A stretch of DNA of 64,000 bases from Eledone cirrhosa (GCA_964016885.1 OZ024742.1:253208001-253272000); one strand, 5' to 3'; shown: positions 38,720-54,560, counted from the first letter of the stretch. The notes: generated by a model from the sequence alone, not told the origin. Made by a program: numbers and translations.

Positions 38720-39390
38720 AGCAGTTTATCTATCTTCACGAGCAGTGTATTACTGTAGTGTTACTATTGTGGGCAGTAACAGTTTGTCTACCTTCACAAG
38801 CAGAGTATTGTTGTAGTATTACTATTGTTGAGCAGTGACAGTTTCAGTTTGTCTACACTCACAAGCAGAGTATTACTGTAGTGTTACTATCAGGGCCAGA
38901 TTTATTATGGGACAGAGGGGGTGAATGCCCTGGGCACCTCTTGTCAAACAGGACCCCTCTAGAAACAGTCCTGGGCCCCTAAACCTGAACTACCTCAGAC
39001 CTTCTGAAGGTCTAAATATGGCCCTGGGTGCAATTATAAAATGTACTCGACTCACCCAGTAAAGTGATAATTTCAGTGCCAAAATAAGATACATCCAGTA
39101 CACTGTAAAGTGGTAGTGCCAATGCTACAATAAAATGTACCCAGTACATGCTGTAAATTGTTTGATGTTTAGGACAGGCTTCCTGCTACCCAACTATAGC
39201 AACACTACAGCAATAAACAGCTTGTGAGAGTAGACAAACTACTACTGACCAACAATAACAGTCAGGGACATATTTAAACCTTGGGGGACCTGGGGAAAGT
39301 CAAGTTTAGGGGTCCCTGTTTGACAAGGAGTGCCCAGGGCATTCAAGCCTCTCCTCTCCCCCCCCCCCCCCCCCGATAAATTCAGTCTTT
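38720..39390. repeat. Inverted duplication containing a small TIR-bounded unit and ~59-bp tandem repeats
   Basis: cagggccagattta...taaatatggccctg (about 38891-39026) reappears inverted at about 39262-39390. Three ~59-bp repeats lie at 38720-38890, with an inverted copy near 39195-39260. Confidence 0.5.
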
Positions 39391-40525
39391 TGATTGCACC
39401 AACACTACCACTTTATTGAGTGTATGGGGGGGCATTTATCAGGGTCTAACACTACCACTTTACAGAATCAATTTGGTGTATTTTATCATGATGCCAACGC
39501 AACCACTTTTGAGAGTTAACTGGGCACATTTCATCATGGTGCCAACTCTACCACTTTACAGAATTAACTGGACCATTTTATCATGGTGCCTACATTTAGG
39601 GTGATTTTTATATCCATAACAAAAATCAATGTCTCTGTTGTATGGTCAGTATAGGATAAAAAATCTCATAAGAGTTTATCACAAATCATTTTCAATATCA
39701 GGTTCCGTTTGCTGTTGTTATCTTTTTTTCATCTTCTCTGAAGCAATATTTTATACTGTTCACAGTATTCATATTATAAAAGCTTTATAGAATAGAATAA
39801 ATGTATGAGTGTAATGTTTTTCAATAGCTTTATCGATTCTGTATTTTGAAAAGTCTTTTAGCTTAACACTTTTGACATCAAAACACCTGAAATTGCCCTT
39901 AGTTTCTATGGTACAGTGTTTATATTTATCTAGAAACCTTTCAGTACAACTTCATGGAAGTGCCTTTGTTATGTTATGTTCCAAACATCAAGTTGATAAT
40001 GAGTGTTATATTACTAAATTCCTTCAAATTCTTTATTTGAAAATTGTTGACAGTGTCTTTCATTACGAATATGGTAATGAAAACTTTTAAGTGTTTATAG
40101 TTATCTAAAATTCTTTCAGAATAATTCTATGTAAGAACCTTTAAGTTATGTTCCAAACACCAGCTTAATAATGGTTTCTCATTTTGGCACAGACTAATTC
40201 TTACACACATGCGTACACATATACAGACATATACACATGCATACACATATATTGCGAGATATACAAATACACATGCACACACTCATACACACACGCACAC
40301 ACTCATGCACACACATATAGACTCACAGATGCACACATATATGCATGCATAGGTACAGACACACATATACACACCCAATAACCTCTACTGTGAATTGTAA
40401 TCTCATGTGGTTCTCCATCTAATGACAAGATCTAATCAATGCAATCATTGTTTTATTTTTACTTCGTATTTATATTTCCCATACTTTATTATTTATTATT
40501 TATTTATTTATTCATCATCATCATT

Positions 40526-40558
<33 letters not shown>

Positions 40559-40679
40559 ATTATTATCGCCGAGGTTGACTTTTCCTTTCATCCTTATGGG
40601 GTCGATAAAATAAAGTACCAGTAATGCACTGGGTAATTGCTGGCCTTGTGCCTAAAGTAGAAACAATTATTATTATTAT

Positions 40680-41291
40680 GACTTGTGGAGCTATGTCTAA
40701 CAGTTGCTGTCATGTGTAGGACAGATCCGGTTATCGACAGTCGATTGTGCAGATAGCCCCGCCATCCTCCTTTAAAGAGAAGGAAGGGCAGGCATTTTTC
40801 ATCTGCCTGGTGGCCATGGCTAAAGAGATTATATGGTGGACAAGGTTGAAAGGGTTGAAGACGGACACTTTCCTCTCCGGCCAATCCCTGATTAACTTTT
40901 TCAAGTTTCACTTGAAGAGGAAAATCAGGGTGGAGAGGGAAGTGCTGTCTTCTAGTAAGTTTGTTGAAAGGTGGGTGAAAGTGGCGAATCTGGTCCGAGT
41001 GAACGGGCCCATTCTGAGTATGAGCCTGTAGACTGAGGAGTGGGAGAACTGAGAGAGGGTGCTTGCCCTGGAGGTCAGGGTGGCCGTGGTCTTTTGTGTG
41101 GTTTTCGCCACGAGTGACCCTTGGAATTTTCCTCCCTATTGGGGAATTTTTGTTGTTTGAATTTTTTTGATATTTCTATCTTTTTGTTATAACCTTTTTT
41201 ACATGGCTAAAACCCACTTTGTATCGTCCTGTACCGTTCTGTGCCGTTTGTAATGTTTTTCTTCATGTTAACCCTTGTGGAAAATAAAGAA
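40680..41291 (+). mobile_element. 5'-truncated Tx1-like LINE in the (ATT)n tail of a family B SINE
   Basis: ORF 40747-41031 is homologous to 44892-45077. (ATT)n lies on both sides; the SINE 3' part is at 40567-40665. Confidence 0.8.
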
Positions 41292-41309
41292 ATTATTATT
41301 ATTATTATT

Positions 41310-44300
41310 GAGTCTGAATGGACGTCATTTTGCTCGCTCCCGTAAGTTCACTTATTTACCTGTCAAAAATGATTTATTGAATTTTTTGTTGTTGTGTAAG
41401 GCATACAAGCCCTTGGACTTTGTCCTGTGAAGGGGAAAGAAAAATATTTGAACTTTTTTACATTTTTTAAAATTATCGAGGAAAAAAAAAAAAAACATGG
41501 CTGAGTACCCCCCCCCCCTCCCCATAGCGACATGTCTGCTGTCATGCGACAACGACGTAGAAGTTGAGAGGAGCGCTACGGCGAAATTAACAGAAATTGA
41601 TACAACAGACACCACCACAAACAATGTAAACAAAGACAGCAATGATAACAACACTGAGAACTCTAATTTTGAAAAAAATGACAGTAACAGCGACAACGAA
41701 AATACAGAGAAGAGAAAAAATGACATATGCAACAACAATATCAACACCACTAACATGAAAACAAATAGCGACAACACCAACAGCAACAATACCAACTGCA
41801 CTGAGAACAACGGTGGCACCAAAGTCAACAATGATAACAACGACAGTGATAATAACAACACCAACAAGAACAACGACAACAACAACACCCCCAACGACAA
41901 CAAGAAGAACACTTTCATTGAGGCAGCAGCAAAAAAGAGGGACCCGGACGGGAAGTTGATGGTCCTGGACGTGAACAATAACGAAGGTGGTGCCTTTAGA
42001 CTGGTGGCCGTCTATGCCCCTACTGGAGCAGGACGGCCGGACTTCTTTAGACGCCTGGAAGCCTTTCTGGGTACGTCTCGCCCTTTACTGTTAGCGGGGG
42101 GACTGGAACGGCATCTTAGACGCACGCTGGGACTGTGTGGGAGTATCCGACAGGAGCGGGGGTGCAAAAGCCTCAAGAACCTGATCAGCCAGTTCCAACT
42201 GTCTGACAGGTACCGACTAGATTTCCCTAATGCGCCAGTGTGGACCTGGACTAACCGCATAGGATCATCTAGATCGTATATAGACAGGATATTCATTAGG
42301 AAATTAGACAGAAATAGTGTAAGCTGTCCACGTTTTAAAACTTAAAACGGTCGCCTATTCAGATCACAAGTTTGTGATCTGTATGGTCGACTTAGATAAG
42401 ACGCGTAGGTTAGGACCTGGTTACTGGAAGCTAAACATGTCATTTCCGGCACGTAAGGCTTACAGGGACCAGGTCAACAATTTAGTTAAGAAAAAGTTGA
42501 CAGGGGGAGTCATCAACAATAGATGGTGGGGGGCTCTCAAAAGAGAGATTAGAGTAATGTCGATAGAGTTTAGCAAAGAAGTAGCGTTAGAGAAAAATAG
42601 AAAGGAGAGGGAGTTGGTAGATGAGTTAGGCGAGACTATTGGTAGTGGCATTGCAACTGACGTGCTAGTGGCGAGAATGGCATTAGACCATTCTTCAATG
42701 CGAAACACGAAGGTTGCATTGTCAGAGCTAAGGCGCGTGCTCTGAGACGAGGGAACCAAAGCTGTTCGAGGGGCCCGCATGGCAGAGGCGCAGCGTGGTA
42801 ATAAAACCACGATTCGATCTTTGACGGACCGAGACGGACACCAGCTGAACGAATCCAAGCGGATGTGTGAAGCCTTTCGCCAACATTTTGCTCGGTTGTT
42901 CGGGGGAAGTGGCGGGTCAGAGATGGTGGTGGACGTCAGTCCCTACGTCGATGGCTTGCCGCAACTCTCAACGGCTGATGCTGGGCGCTGCGAAAGGCCA
43001 ATTACTTCAGCCGGGATTCAGGATGCCCTTGTCGGCTGCATGAGGCGCAAGTCACCCGGTTTGGATGGTCTGCCCTACGAGCTTTACGTAAATATGTCAG
43101 ACTTCAATCTCCTCGAAGCCCTCTACTGCAACTGGCAGCAAAACGGGAGTATTCCCAGTTCTGTGAGCCGGAGCGTAGTGGCGCTGATAAGGGAAGACGA
43201 GAACAAGAGGGACACATTAGACAATTTCAGGCCCATAACTCTGCTCAACACAGAGTTTAAGATTTTGGCCAGGGTGTTAGCGAAGAGGTTGGCGCTTGTC
43301 GTCGGGGATTTGGTTGGGGAGGCGCAAAGTTGCGCAATCCCAACCAGGTCCATACACGACAACCTCCACCTAATGCGATACATCATAGAGAGGGTAGGGT
43401 GGAAACTTGGCTTCGGTGGGGCTCTGATCAATTTAGATCAATCAAAAGCATTTGATAGGGTCGACCATCGGTACCTGGAGGATGACCTCAAGGCGGCTGG
43501 CTTCGGCCCCGTCTTCAGAAGCTGGATCACTGCAATGCACAGCGGCATCTGCTCGGTGGTCAAAATTAATGGCCACCTCTCGGAACCGTTTCAGGTCTCC
43601 CGATCGGTCCGTCAAGGGTGCCCTCTCTCCTCCCTTCTGTACGTATTGACTCTCTTACTGCGGAAGCTGGAGCTGTTGCAGGGCAACCTGCTCGAACCGG
43701 AACGCGGAAAGGCTGTGTCGGCTTATGTGGACGACATCACCGTGATCGTGTCGGACACCTCAGAAATCGAGGTGGTCGGCAACTTATTGGAGGAATATGA
43801 AAAGTTGACAGGAACAAAACTTAACCCGGAAAAGTTGGTGGGCTTGCAACTCGGAACCTAGAGAGGCAAGTCCATGCTGTCCAACAGCGTCGTTAGGTGC
43901 TGGACGGACGGACCAGTAAAGTTGCTCGGGGTTTGGTTCAGGCCAGACCTCCAGGTGGATAAGAATTGGGACGAGGTGACGGGCAGGGTAACAAGTCTCA
44001 CCCAAAAATGGGCTGGTAGGAAGCTATCACTGAAATGTTGGGCGGAGGTGGCGAACGCATACATCGCGTCCGTCATCTACTACCGTATGATCATCGTCCT
44101 TTGCTCCCATTCGCGCCTCGCCATCTTGGAGCGGCTCCTCTTCAAATTCTTGTGGAGGGGGGTCAGGTTCCACTGGTGAGGCGGTCCATCTGCTACCAGC
44201 AGCCTCTACGTGGAGGGCTGGGCATGCTGTGGCTAATGATGCGCAGACACGCGCTGAGGCTGCGGCATCTCCAGATATTCTGCCTAAACGGTGAACAGGT

Positions 44301-45331
44301 GTGGTCGCCGTTTGTCAGATGGGCCTTTCCGCAGCTCGTTTCTTTGACTGAGCTGCAGTCCTGGGTCTAGAAGAGACCGAGACTGGGTGACTGGCATCTG
44401 GAATGTTGCCAGGCACTCACTGCCCTCTACCAGGCGGGCAATGTGGTCAGTGGAAATTCCACTCTCGAGTTCTATAGAGGATTAGTGGTGGGCAAGTGCG
44501 ACGACGCACTTGGAGAGGCTCTGGGAGTCGATGAAGTCGACTAACCAGTCTGTTCTGGAGGACATTCGAGCCGGGGACGATGGATAATTTCCAAAAATCC
44601 CTCGATTGGAAGTGCTACCGGGCGGGCACTGCCGGTTGGAGATAAATTCTACAGGCACGGAAGTGCTGTCAGACGGACCTGCCCGAGATGCGCGCAGAGC
44701 GACGAAACCGTTTTGCACGCACTCGCCCAGTGTCCGTGCATTACTGACTTATGGAGTTATGTCGAACAGCTGTTGTCGCGTGTAGAACGGATCCGGCTAT
44801 CGGCCGAGTCCACAGTGAAGATCGGCTCGCCGCCTTATTTTGGCCAGGAAGGGCAGGCAATTTTCCTGTCTGGTGGCAGTAGCGAAAGAGGTTGAAAGGA
44901 CTGAAGACAGACACTTTTCTCTTCGGCCAATCCCTCATCAACTTTTTCAAGTTTCACTTGGAAAGGAAGGTGAGGGTGGAGAGAGAAGTGCTGTCCCCCA
45001 GTACATTTGCTGAAAGGTGGGTGAATGTGGCGAGAATGGCCCGTGTGAGTGGGCCTACTCTGGTCATGCGGCTGTAGGTGGGTAAATTTGAGGAGGAGAG
45101 GGGTGTCCTTCCAGGGTGCTCTCGAAGCGTCGGGTCGTTCAGGATTGGTGGGGTACCTGAGCAAACCCTGGGTGGTCATCCCCCCTATTGGGGAATTTTT
45201 CTTCTTGTATTTTTATTGTTACTTTGTTATTGTTATTCATATTGTTTACTCGATTTTTCTGTAAAACCCCACTGTCCCAGTCTTTTGTATTGTCCCCTAT
45301 ATGTCGGCCCTTGTGGCCAATAAATGAAATC
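41310..45331 (+). mobile_element. Tx1/L1-clade LINE (APE endonuclease + RT), internally deleted and disrupted, in (ATT)n
   Basis: DPDGKLMVLD..FRLVAVYAP, SRSYIDRIF, SDH, GPGYWKLN, KSPGLDGLPYE, NFRPITLLN, LDQSKAFDRVDH, SVRQGCPLS, AYVDDITV and CPRC..SDETVLHAL..C motifs. AATAAA followed by an (ATT)n tail. Confidence 0.9.
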
Positions 45332-45353
45332 ATTATTATTATTATCATTATTA

Positions 45354-45573
45354 GGCGGTGGATTGGCAAGAGGGTGGTGGATTGGCAGTATCGGTAGAGG
45401 GTTGGACACCATGCTTTCCAGCATAGTTACGTCCCTTTACGGTCTGAGTTCAAATCCCGCTGAGGTTAACTTTACTTTTCATCCTTACGGGGTCGATAAA
45501 ATAAAGTACCAGTAATATACTGGGTAATTGCTGGCCTTGTGCCTAAAGTAGAAACAATTATTATCATTATTAT
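45354..45573 (+). mobile_element. SINE family B
   Basis: GGTGGATTGGCAGTATCGGTAGAG...GAGTTCAAATCCCG...GGGGTCGATAAAATAAAGTACCAGT, (ATT)n tail. Diverged copies near 32720 and 49580. Confidence 0.85.
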
Positions 45574-45599
45574 TGTGTTATTCTGTTTAGCTCAGTTCT

Positions 45600-47060
45600 G
45601 TTTCTCCTTGAACCTAGGACACTAGAGATTTTCATAGTAAAGAGAGAACTTGTCTGAGAATGTGTGTTGTTCCTAGTAGCTTGACCTTCTGTAGCTCATA
45701 TTTGCTAATCTTGTAGGGAAGGATGCTATGGTGTAGGTCTGAGGATTTGGGTATTAATCTTAATGTTCCTATTACTACAGGGATAGTGTTTGTGGTCATC
45801 CTCCACATGCAGTTGATCTCTATTTCTAGGTCTTTGTACATTGACAGTTTTTCCATTGTTTTTACAGATGTATTCTTGTCAGCTGGTACGGAATTATCTA
45901 TAAGGCTACATGTCCAATCTGTTTTGTTTGTTATGATGATATCTGGTCTGTTGGCAGCGATTTCTCACAGGCATGCCTTACAAGATGGATATGTTGCCAT
46001 TTTCCATGACTGTTTGGTTGATTTTCATACCATTTGTTAGAAGTTTGGATGTCATGAGAGTAGCAGAAAATCCAGGGCACATATTTGGCAATATGGTTGT
46101 GTCTTTCTATATAGTCAATTTTTGCCAGCTCTTGACAGCCGGAGACAACATGATCTATTGTTTCTTCATATTTGTAGCATATTCTGCATAGAGGGCTAGT
46201 TCAATTTTTCACTATTCTGTGTCTATAGGCCAAAGTGTTTAGAGATTGGTTTTGTTCAGCAACAAAGTTTCTTTCAAACCAACACTTCTGAGCCAGGATA
46301 GTGAGCCATGCTGATCGATATTTTTGTCTGAAAGTCGTTCTGGGAATCTACCTTGTGGTGGGTTTGCCTTCCATTCACGGTTTAATTCCTCTGTTTGGAG
46401 TTTCTTTGCTTTGATTTTCACAGTCAGAGTTAGCTGTTCAGCACTCTGTTGTTGATTTTCTATGGGAATGTCTTGTTCTATGTTCAGTTTTTTGTCTGAA
46501 TTTGCTTGCCTCTTTGTTATTGAGTGTAGTGTCTTAATTTGTTTATGCTTGAATACAGGCTTAAGAAGTTAATCTCGGGTGTTGTGGAGGTAGCTATCCA
46601 ATTTAATGGTTGCTATTTTGTATGCAGCTTCTCGTTGTAGGAATCCCCGTCCACCTTCACTCCTTGAGATATACAGCCTATTTACATTGGCTTTAGGGTA
46701 GTACATTTTTTCAGTTTCTTGTCTTAATGTCCAACCTTTGTAGTTCTTGCAGGTTCCAGTTTATGATGTTAAAGCTGTATGTTACTACTGGCACTGCTAG
46801 TCTGTTAATGGCTTTGAACTTGTTGCAGGAATTTAGCTCATGTTTTGTTACCAGTCTCACATTCCTTATGTATTCCTTCCGTATCTTTTCCTTCATACTT
46901 GCATGCTAGATTCTATCTCCTTCATTAACTCCAAAATATTTATAGAACTCTTCATTGTTAAGTTCCTTTATGGTAGTTTGTTGGTCTATGACCATATCTT
47001 TATGGTTAGAGTGCAGCCCTCTCTTGATTGGCATTTGCACACTTGTCCAGTCCAAATTCC
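45600..47060 (-). mobile_element. Decayed R4/Dong-like LINE, 3' half
   Basis: KIRKEYIRNVRLV...KAINRLAVPVVTYSF and EKLSMYKDLEIEI..W....IPVVIG, homologous to 37000-38230. Confidence 0.8.
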
Positions 47061-48000
47061 ATATGGATATCATCACTGAATTGTTTCTCTGTGTGCAGTA
47101 AACCTTCCTGCTGCCCATCATTGTTTCCAGATAGCTACCCTACAGATGAGAGTTTGGAGTGGGCATGTAGTGACTAGGTGTCAAGTGTTGAGGGATTTGT
47201 TAGGATGAAGGGAGTGAGTGGGAGGGATGGAAGGGTGAGCTTGACAGTGTTGAAGGTACTGTGGAGATAACAGCTACTAGGGGGCTATGACTTGTGAATC
47301 AGTGTTTTAGTGGAGGATTCAGAGTAGTGCAGGAATGTGGATGGTGACCCAGGGTAGAATGTGGGTTTTAGGATTTAGGAGGGGTAAAGGTGATCTTGGA
47401 TAATGTGGGGGTGTTGTGTACAATAATTCTGATTGCATGATTGCCTTATTCCGATCTAGTCTTCTCAAGTCTTCTGCTGTCAAAGCCTTTATCCTTAATT
47501 TCTTAGTCTATCACACTACTGTCAACTTTTATGGCTTATCTCTCAGTTGGGTCTATAGGGGTAGGCCTTCACTATCCCATTTATTCTCTTCATTCAGTAG
47601 TCTCATGTAGTATGCCTTCCATAACTCTTTTTTCTCGGCATCAGGCAGGACAAGTGCTCCACTATGACTTTGAACAGACTTTTCCTCAACTATGTCGCAG
47701 TTTGTCTAGCACACTGTTTTGCAATCCAGAATACTTCACACCTCTGATCTTCACAATATAGAACATGAGCAGGCTACTTTTCTTCTTCTTTTATTAAGTC
47801 TACCTGACACCTAGCCTCTCCAATCTTTCTAGGTTTTATTTTTATTTTTATGGTTCTCTCTACTCTATCATTCCACCACCATGTCAGCCTCAGGAAAGTC
47901 AATTAGGTTGGATGTGTGGTCACTAGCTTGTATGTTAGCACTTGTTTAGAGATTAAATTCAAAAAGCAAGCTTTATAGCTGCAAAAGAAAATATATATAA

Positions 48001-48346
48001 GTAGCTGAATTACCCGGCGTTGCCCAGGTTACTGCTGTTCTTATTCAGATTCACGCTGACACACGCAGAGCTTTTCACCTCATTTTTGGTCAGTCACTAA
48101 ATATGTGTAGATGTGTGTGTGTGTATTTAATAACCTACCTAATGAACGCGCACACACACAATCACAGACACATACATATTCATATACAAAATGTGACGTG
48201 TTTTAATCCAAAGGAAAATAAAAAATTACATGTTGACACTCCTGGGGTCTAATACTATTACCTTGTAAAATTTGATTTGTTTTGGTCCAACCATTTGAGA
48301 ATACATAGGAACAGACAGAGACAAAAAAATTTATATAATATAGAGA
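48001..48346 (-). mobile_element. Probable non-autonomous Helitron-like element
   Basis: Minus strand starts TC (tctctatattatataaa) and ends with the GC hairpin cctgggcaacgccggg shortly before cagctac (CTAG-like). A similar 5' end lies near 1900-2043. Confidence 0.5.
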
Positions 48347-48530
48347 TATCAATTATAGGTTTAGGTAACATTTGAAACCTTAAACATTAGTACAATAATA
48401 AGTCAATTTAGGATTATATTCTAAATGTAGATTGATGAAATCCAGAGAGGTTTGTATATAATTCCCATGGTTTGCATTATCATCACCAGTTTGTTTCAAA
48501 TATATACATAACTATCTATATCTATCTACG

Positions 48531-48580
<50 letters not shown>

Positions 48581-49140
48581 GATGTCACTGATTGAAACTG
48601 GAGATGGGTTTTTCATCTTAATCGAAATGACACTCTGTTGAGCAGATGGTCACTTTATCTTTCTCTAGTTCTGATATAACTCAGAATATATATATATATA
48701 TATATATAACTAATCCTATTTATTTATGTATCTATGTATCTATGTATATATGCCATTTCACAATTTCCATATCATAATTGCCAAGCGGATAATTATCAGC
48801 TCATCTTTCATTTATATTGAAATGAATACTGAACAATGTCTTTAAATCGTGAAGTTGTTTATAAGCTCTCCACACATTCTTCCCCTCCTGCTGTTACAAT
48901 AGTTACCACTGAATCAGAATATGATCATTTCACTTCTCAGTGACAATTAATATGGCTATTGAAAATTAAAATATTAATCGATCACTTTGCCAAACAGTTG
49001 TGGATTAAGTATGGGATCTTACGTCTCTTACGAGTTTATCATCACGTTGGTCAGAGATTGACTTCTGACACATCAAAGTGTTAAAGATTTTCTATATTTA
49101 AAGATTGTCAGCACTGATCAGATTAAATAATTATTTGTAG

Positions 49141-49181
<41 letters not shown>

Positions 49182-49904
49182 ATAGCAGCAACAACAGCCA
49201 CTATAATGGAAATGTTGCTGAAACCAAGATGAACATAGAGCATTTTATCTCTGCATTCCACTCCACTACATACCACCCACTCCAATGTACTGTACTGTAC
49301 CCATCCCACTCAACTGTATTGCCTAACCTGGTACCACATACAACTGCACTGCATTGCAACCCATCTCGCTGTTGTTTATGTGTGCATTCCATTACACTGC
49401 ACTCTACTGTACTGAACACCATCATTCCACTTAACTTCAATGCACACCACTTCACTTCACTCTACTGAACATCTCCAATCTACTCCACTGCATCCCACTC
49501 CACTGTACCCCACTATTCCACTACACTAAAAAGCACCCCAAAGCATTACATTTCTATTATCAATATATATGTATGAGAGGCTGGTGGATTAGCAGAAGCA
49601 TTAGAGCAACAGATGAAATTCTTTGTGGCATTGGTCCCTGCTCTCTATATTTAGAGTTCAAATCCCGTCGAGGTCAACTCTGTCTTTCATCATTCCAAGG
49701 TTGATTAAATAAAGAACCAGTCAAGTACTGAATTGATATAATTGCTTTTCACCTCCCCACAAATTGCTGGCCTTGTGTCTAGATCAAAATTCATCATTAT
49801 GTATGTATGTGTGTATACATACACACACACACACACACACTTATATATATATATATATTTAACACATGTACAACATATACATACATATATATATTTATGA
49901 TATT

Positions 49905-50695
49905 ACAAGCCTGGCAGAATCTATGGTGGAACTAGAGAAGAAATTCCAAACATGCAAATTATGGCTACACAAAGGATGTAGTGGGATTTCAGGAAGGTTA
50001 GCTAAGAATGTAGGCTTTACATGTAGCAGCTGCACCAGGACAGTAAGCAGCAAATGACCCCAGGAAACAAGCATTATCAAATTCTGTGAAGGCTCAGTAG
50101 AAACAGTAGACAGATTCTCCTACCTAGGTGACCAGATTAGCAGCAGAGATGGGTGTTCTGAAAGTACAGTAACCAGAGTAGAACGGGATTGAAGAAGTTC
50201 AGGGAGCTACTACCATTGTTAGCTGCAAAAGGCTTTACCCTCAAAATGAAAGGCAGACTGTATGATGCATGCATATGAACAGCAATGTTGCATGACAGTG
50301 AGACCTGGGCGCTGTGTGCAGAAGACATACGTAGATTGGAAAGAAATGAAGCTTGCATGCTCCGATGGAAGTGTAATAGTAATATACATGAACGTAAAAG
50401 CATAAACGAACTGAGAGAGGAAATAAGCTTAAAAGGAATCAGATGCAGTGTGCAGGAGAGGAGATTGCCTTGGTATGGACACTGTAAAGTGGTTGAGTAG
50501 GTGTCACGACAAAAAGCACCCAGCACACACTGTAAATGTGGTTGGCGTTAAGAAGGGCATCTAGCAGTAGAATCCAGGCCAAATTCAGCCATGCGTGAGC
50601 GAAACACAATCCTCTGACCAGATCTCTCACAAAAGGACAGCCCATCTTCCCATACTACCGTGGAAGAAGGAGGTTAAATGATGATGATGAATGAT
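49905..50695 (+). mobile_element. RTE-clade LINE fragment joined to the SINE-shared 3' region
   Basis: CKLWLHKGCSGISGRL, MLHDSETWALCAEDIRRLERNEA, ERRLPWYGH. Confidence 0.75.
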
Positions 50696-50804
50696 ATATA
50701 TATCTATATGAATATATTACTAAATGCATGTATTTATATCTATCTGTCTGTCTATTTGTCTCTCTCTCTCTCTATCTCCCCTTGTTTTTCATATATATAT
50801 ATAT

Positions 50805-50891
<87 letters not shown>

Positions 50892-50914
50892 TAGATATAA
50901 ATACATGCATTTAG

Positions 50915-50980
<66 letters not shown>

Positions 50981-50986
<6 letters not shown>

Positions 50987-51341
50987 CAGAATATTAATAA
51001 ATGAAGACATTCACATAATCAAAATATATGTTTTATTATATATATTTCGAAGGTACTGTGCTGTTTTTTCAGTACGTCCTCGTCAGATAAAATACATGAA
51101 TTGATGTATGACATACCTCAACGGTCTTGATGGTTCAATTCCAGTATTGGCAGTGCTGAAAAAACAGCACAGTACCTTCGAAATATATATAATAAAACAT
51201 ATATTTTGATTATGTGAATGTCTTCATTTATTAATATTCTGAATAATATTAATAACTCCAGAAAACTTCCTTGTAGAGTTGATTTTTATCTATTGTAAAA
51301 CTATATTCATTGAGTAATCAATGAACCATATTAATCTTTGG

Positions 51342-51342
<1 letters not shown>
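50981..51342. mobile_element. (TA)n-embedded fold-back element with hammerhead
   Basis: About 50981-51074 is the near-perfect reverse complement of about 51153-51247. Confidence 0.8.
51031..51092 (-). ncRNA. Type I hammerhead ribozyme
   Basis: ttttat CTGACGA gga c gtactg aaaaaacagca cagtac c ttc GAAA tatata T A ataaaa. Confidence 0.8.
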
Positions 51343-52606
<1,264 letters not shown>

Positions 52607-52808
52607 GTTGTCTAACCTGATTAGCTTTTTCGTTGTTTTGGTATTGTATGGCTGGGTTTTGCCTGCCGCAATTTTCAATTTGTCAAGCTGTCTAAACGTA
52701 TGTTATTACTCTAAGGGCCTACCTCATTGAGTGCTTTGCTACTCATTCCTAATTGTAGGTCGCTTTGCTTGTCCGCAGCCAAAGCTTCGATTTTACTAAG
52801 CTTCCACT

Positions 52809-52857
<49 letters not shown>

Positions 52858-53264
52858 ATGCATATGTATCATCATCATCATCATCATCCTTCCACGTTAG
52901 CATGGGTTAGACGGGTTGTCCTGTTGTGGGCAGTGTCCAGTCGGCTGACCTTGTCTTGCTCATACAGTAACTGATTCTATTTATATAAAAAATTTTAAGA
53001 TGATTGGCAGTGGTAGGCATGTAGTCCAGCATTTGGGAATTGGAGTTGAGGTGGAGAGATCCAGGTGTGTCTTGGGTGTTGTTATGTATGTGTGGAGGGA
53101 GTGCACTTCGTGGGTGTGCATTATTGCTTCTGTCACTGTGTGTGAGACTTGAGTATTGTTGATGAAATTGTTCATGCATGTGTCTGCCAATTTTTTATGT
53201 AGATTTTTTTTGTACACACGGGCTTGTATGCCTTTTATGAGTGTGTTTGTATATGCTTAGGTAT

Positions 53265-53339
<75 letters not shown>

Positions 53340-53929
53340 CATGTGTGTCTCTGTGAGTTTTTGTATTGTTTGTGTGTGTGTGTGTATGTACATGTGTGTT
53401 TATGTACATGAATTGTTCTGTGTTTTTTATGTGTACTTGTATGTACACGAGCATGTGTGCATGTGTATGCTTATGTGTGAGTTTTTTGTGTGTATGGGCA
53501 TATGCATATATGTGTATGCTTTGTATGAGTTTGTGTGGGTATATGTTTATGTACACACACACATCTATTATTTATTTAATTGCATTAAAATAACAAAGGG
53601 AAATAACTCACAAAGGAAAATTGAAATGTATATACTGGTGTTTGTGTTTTTGGTATTGTGAGAATTTTGTATTTAAGTGTGGAGGTATATTCCTGGGTGG
53701 GGGTGGGGGATTGAGTAGTATAAGAAATGTGTAGGGGTATGTAATATAGAAATTTGTATTCAAATGTGGGGGTATGCTCCTGTGGGAATTGAGTACTATC
53801 AGAAGTGTCTGGTGGTGTGTAATTGTAGAAAATATAAATAGTGATGTAGAAAGCATAACAATCAATATCAAGGTAGTTGAAGATCTGGTGAATTTACTGA
53901 GTTTTTCCAATTTGAAACCGATTGGATTT

Positions 53930-54560
53930 TGATATGTAAACATTCTTTAAAAAGCTGGTTCTTAGAGTTCAGGTATTTTGTAAGGTATTAAATTTTTCAC
54001 TGAAGTATAGATGACATCTCTTAGTACTGTTGGTGTATGGTGTGGAACCTTAAAGTATTTTCCATGTAATTATATGTGGAAGTCCTTTATCATTTACTTG
54101 CTAGAATCTTTTTGCTAGGGTTGTGTTAGTTTTCATATCAGGTTGTCAAAATGGGGTAGAGATTCGAGAAATATCATTGTTTAAAACCATCTTGCACCAT
54201 ACCCACATATCTTTCACTTACTTCAGAAATTTCTGTGGTGGTGTGTGTAATATCTGCCTCGTATATAATGAATTCTATATTACACATCCATTGCAAAGGG
54301 TAGTTCTCGTTAATCTTACAAGATCAACTTGGATTTATGTCAAATTTATTCTCTGCAATATAATTTTATCTCATAGGCGAGCTGCAGGAATAGGATGTCT
54401 TCAGGGAATTTCAATTGAATATTCTACTTTACCTATGAAATAGGAGAAATTTTTATAAATTACATCTAATAACCTCTTACCTACATTAGTCGGTATGTTA
54501 AGAGAATAGAGGAGGGGTGAACCGGAAAATTATCCTATTTCTATTAGTATTCTTAGTATG
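53930..54560 (-). pseudogene. Decayed Naiad-type Penelope-like element, RT thumb plus GIY-YIG endonuclease
   Basis: Minus strand across frameshifts: YSLNIPTNVGKRLLDVIYKNF, IIYEADI...RYVGM..DGFK, TTLAK, ITWKIL..STPYTNSTKRCHL..SEK, LNSKNQLFKECLH. Confidence 0.65.

Noticed and set aside
48578-48690. Possible hammerhead (CTGATTGA...GAAA) in a small TA-embedded insert
   Set aside because: Core spacing is wrong and stems I and III cannot be paired in hammerhead topology.
48760-49130. Apparently unique non-repetitive stretch as exon or enhancer
   Set aside because: No convincing ORF or splice pair; conservation cannot be assessed without alignment.
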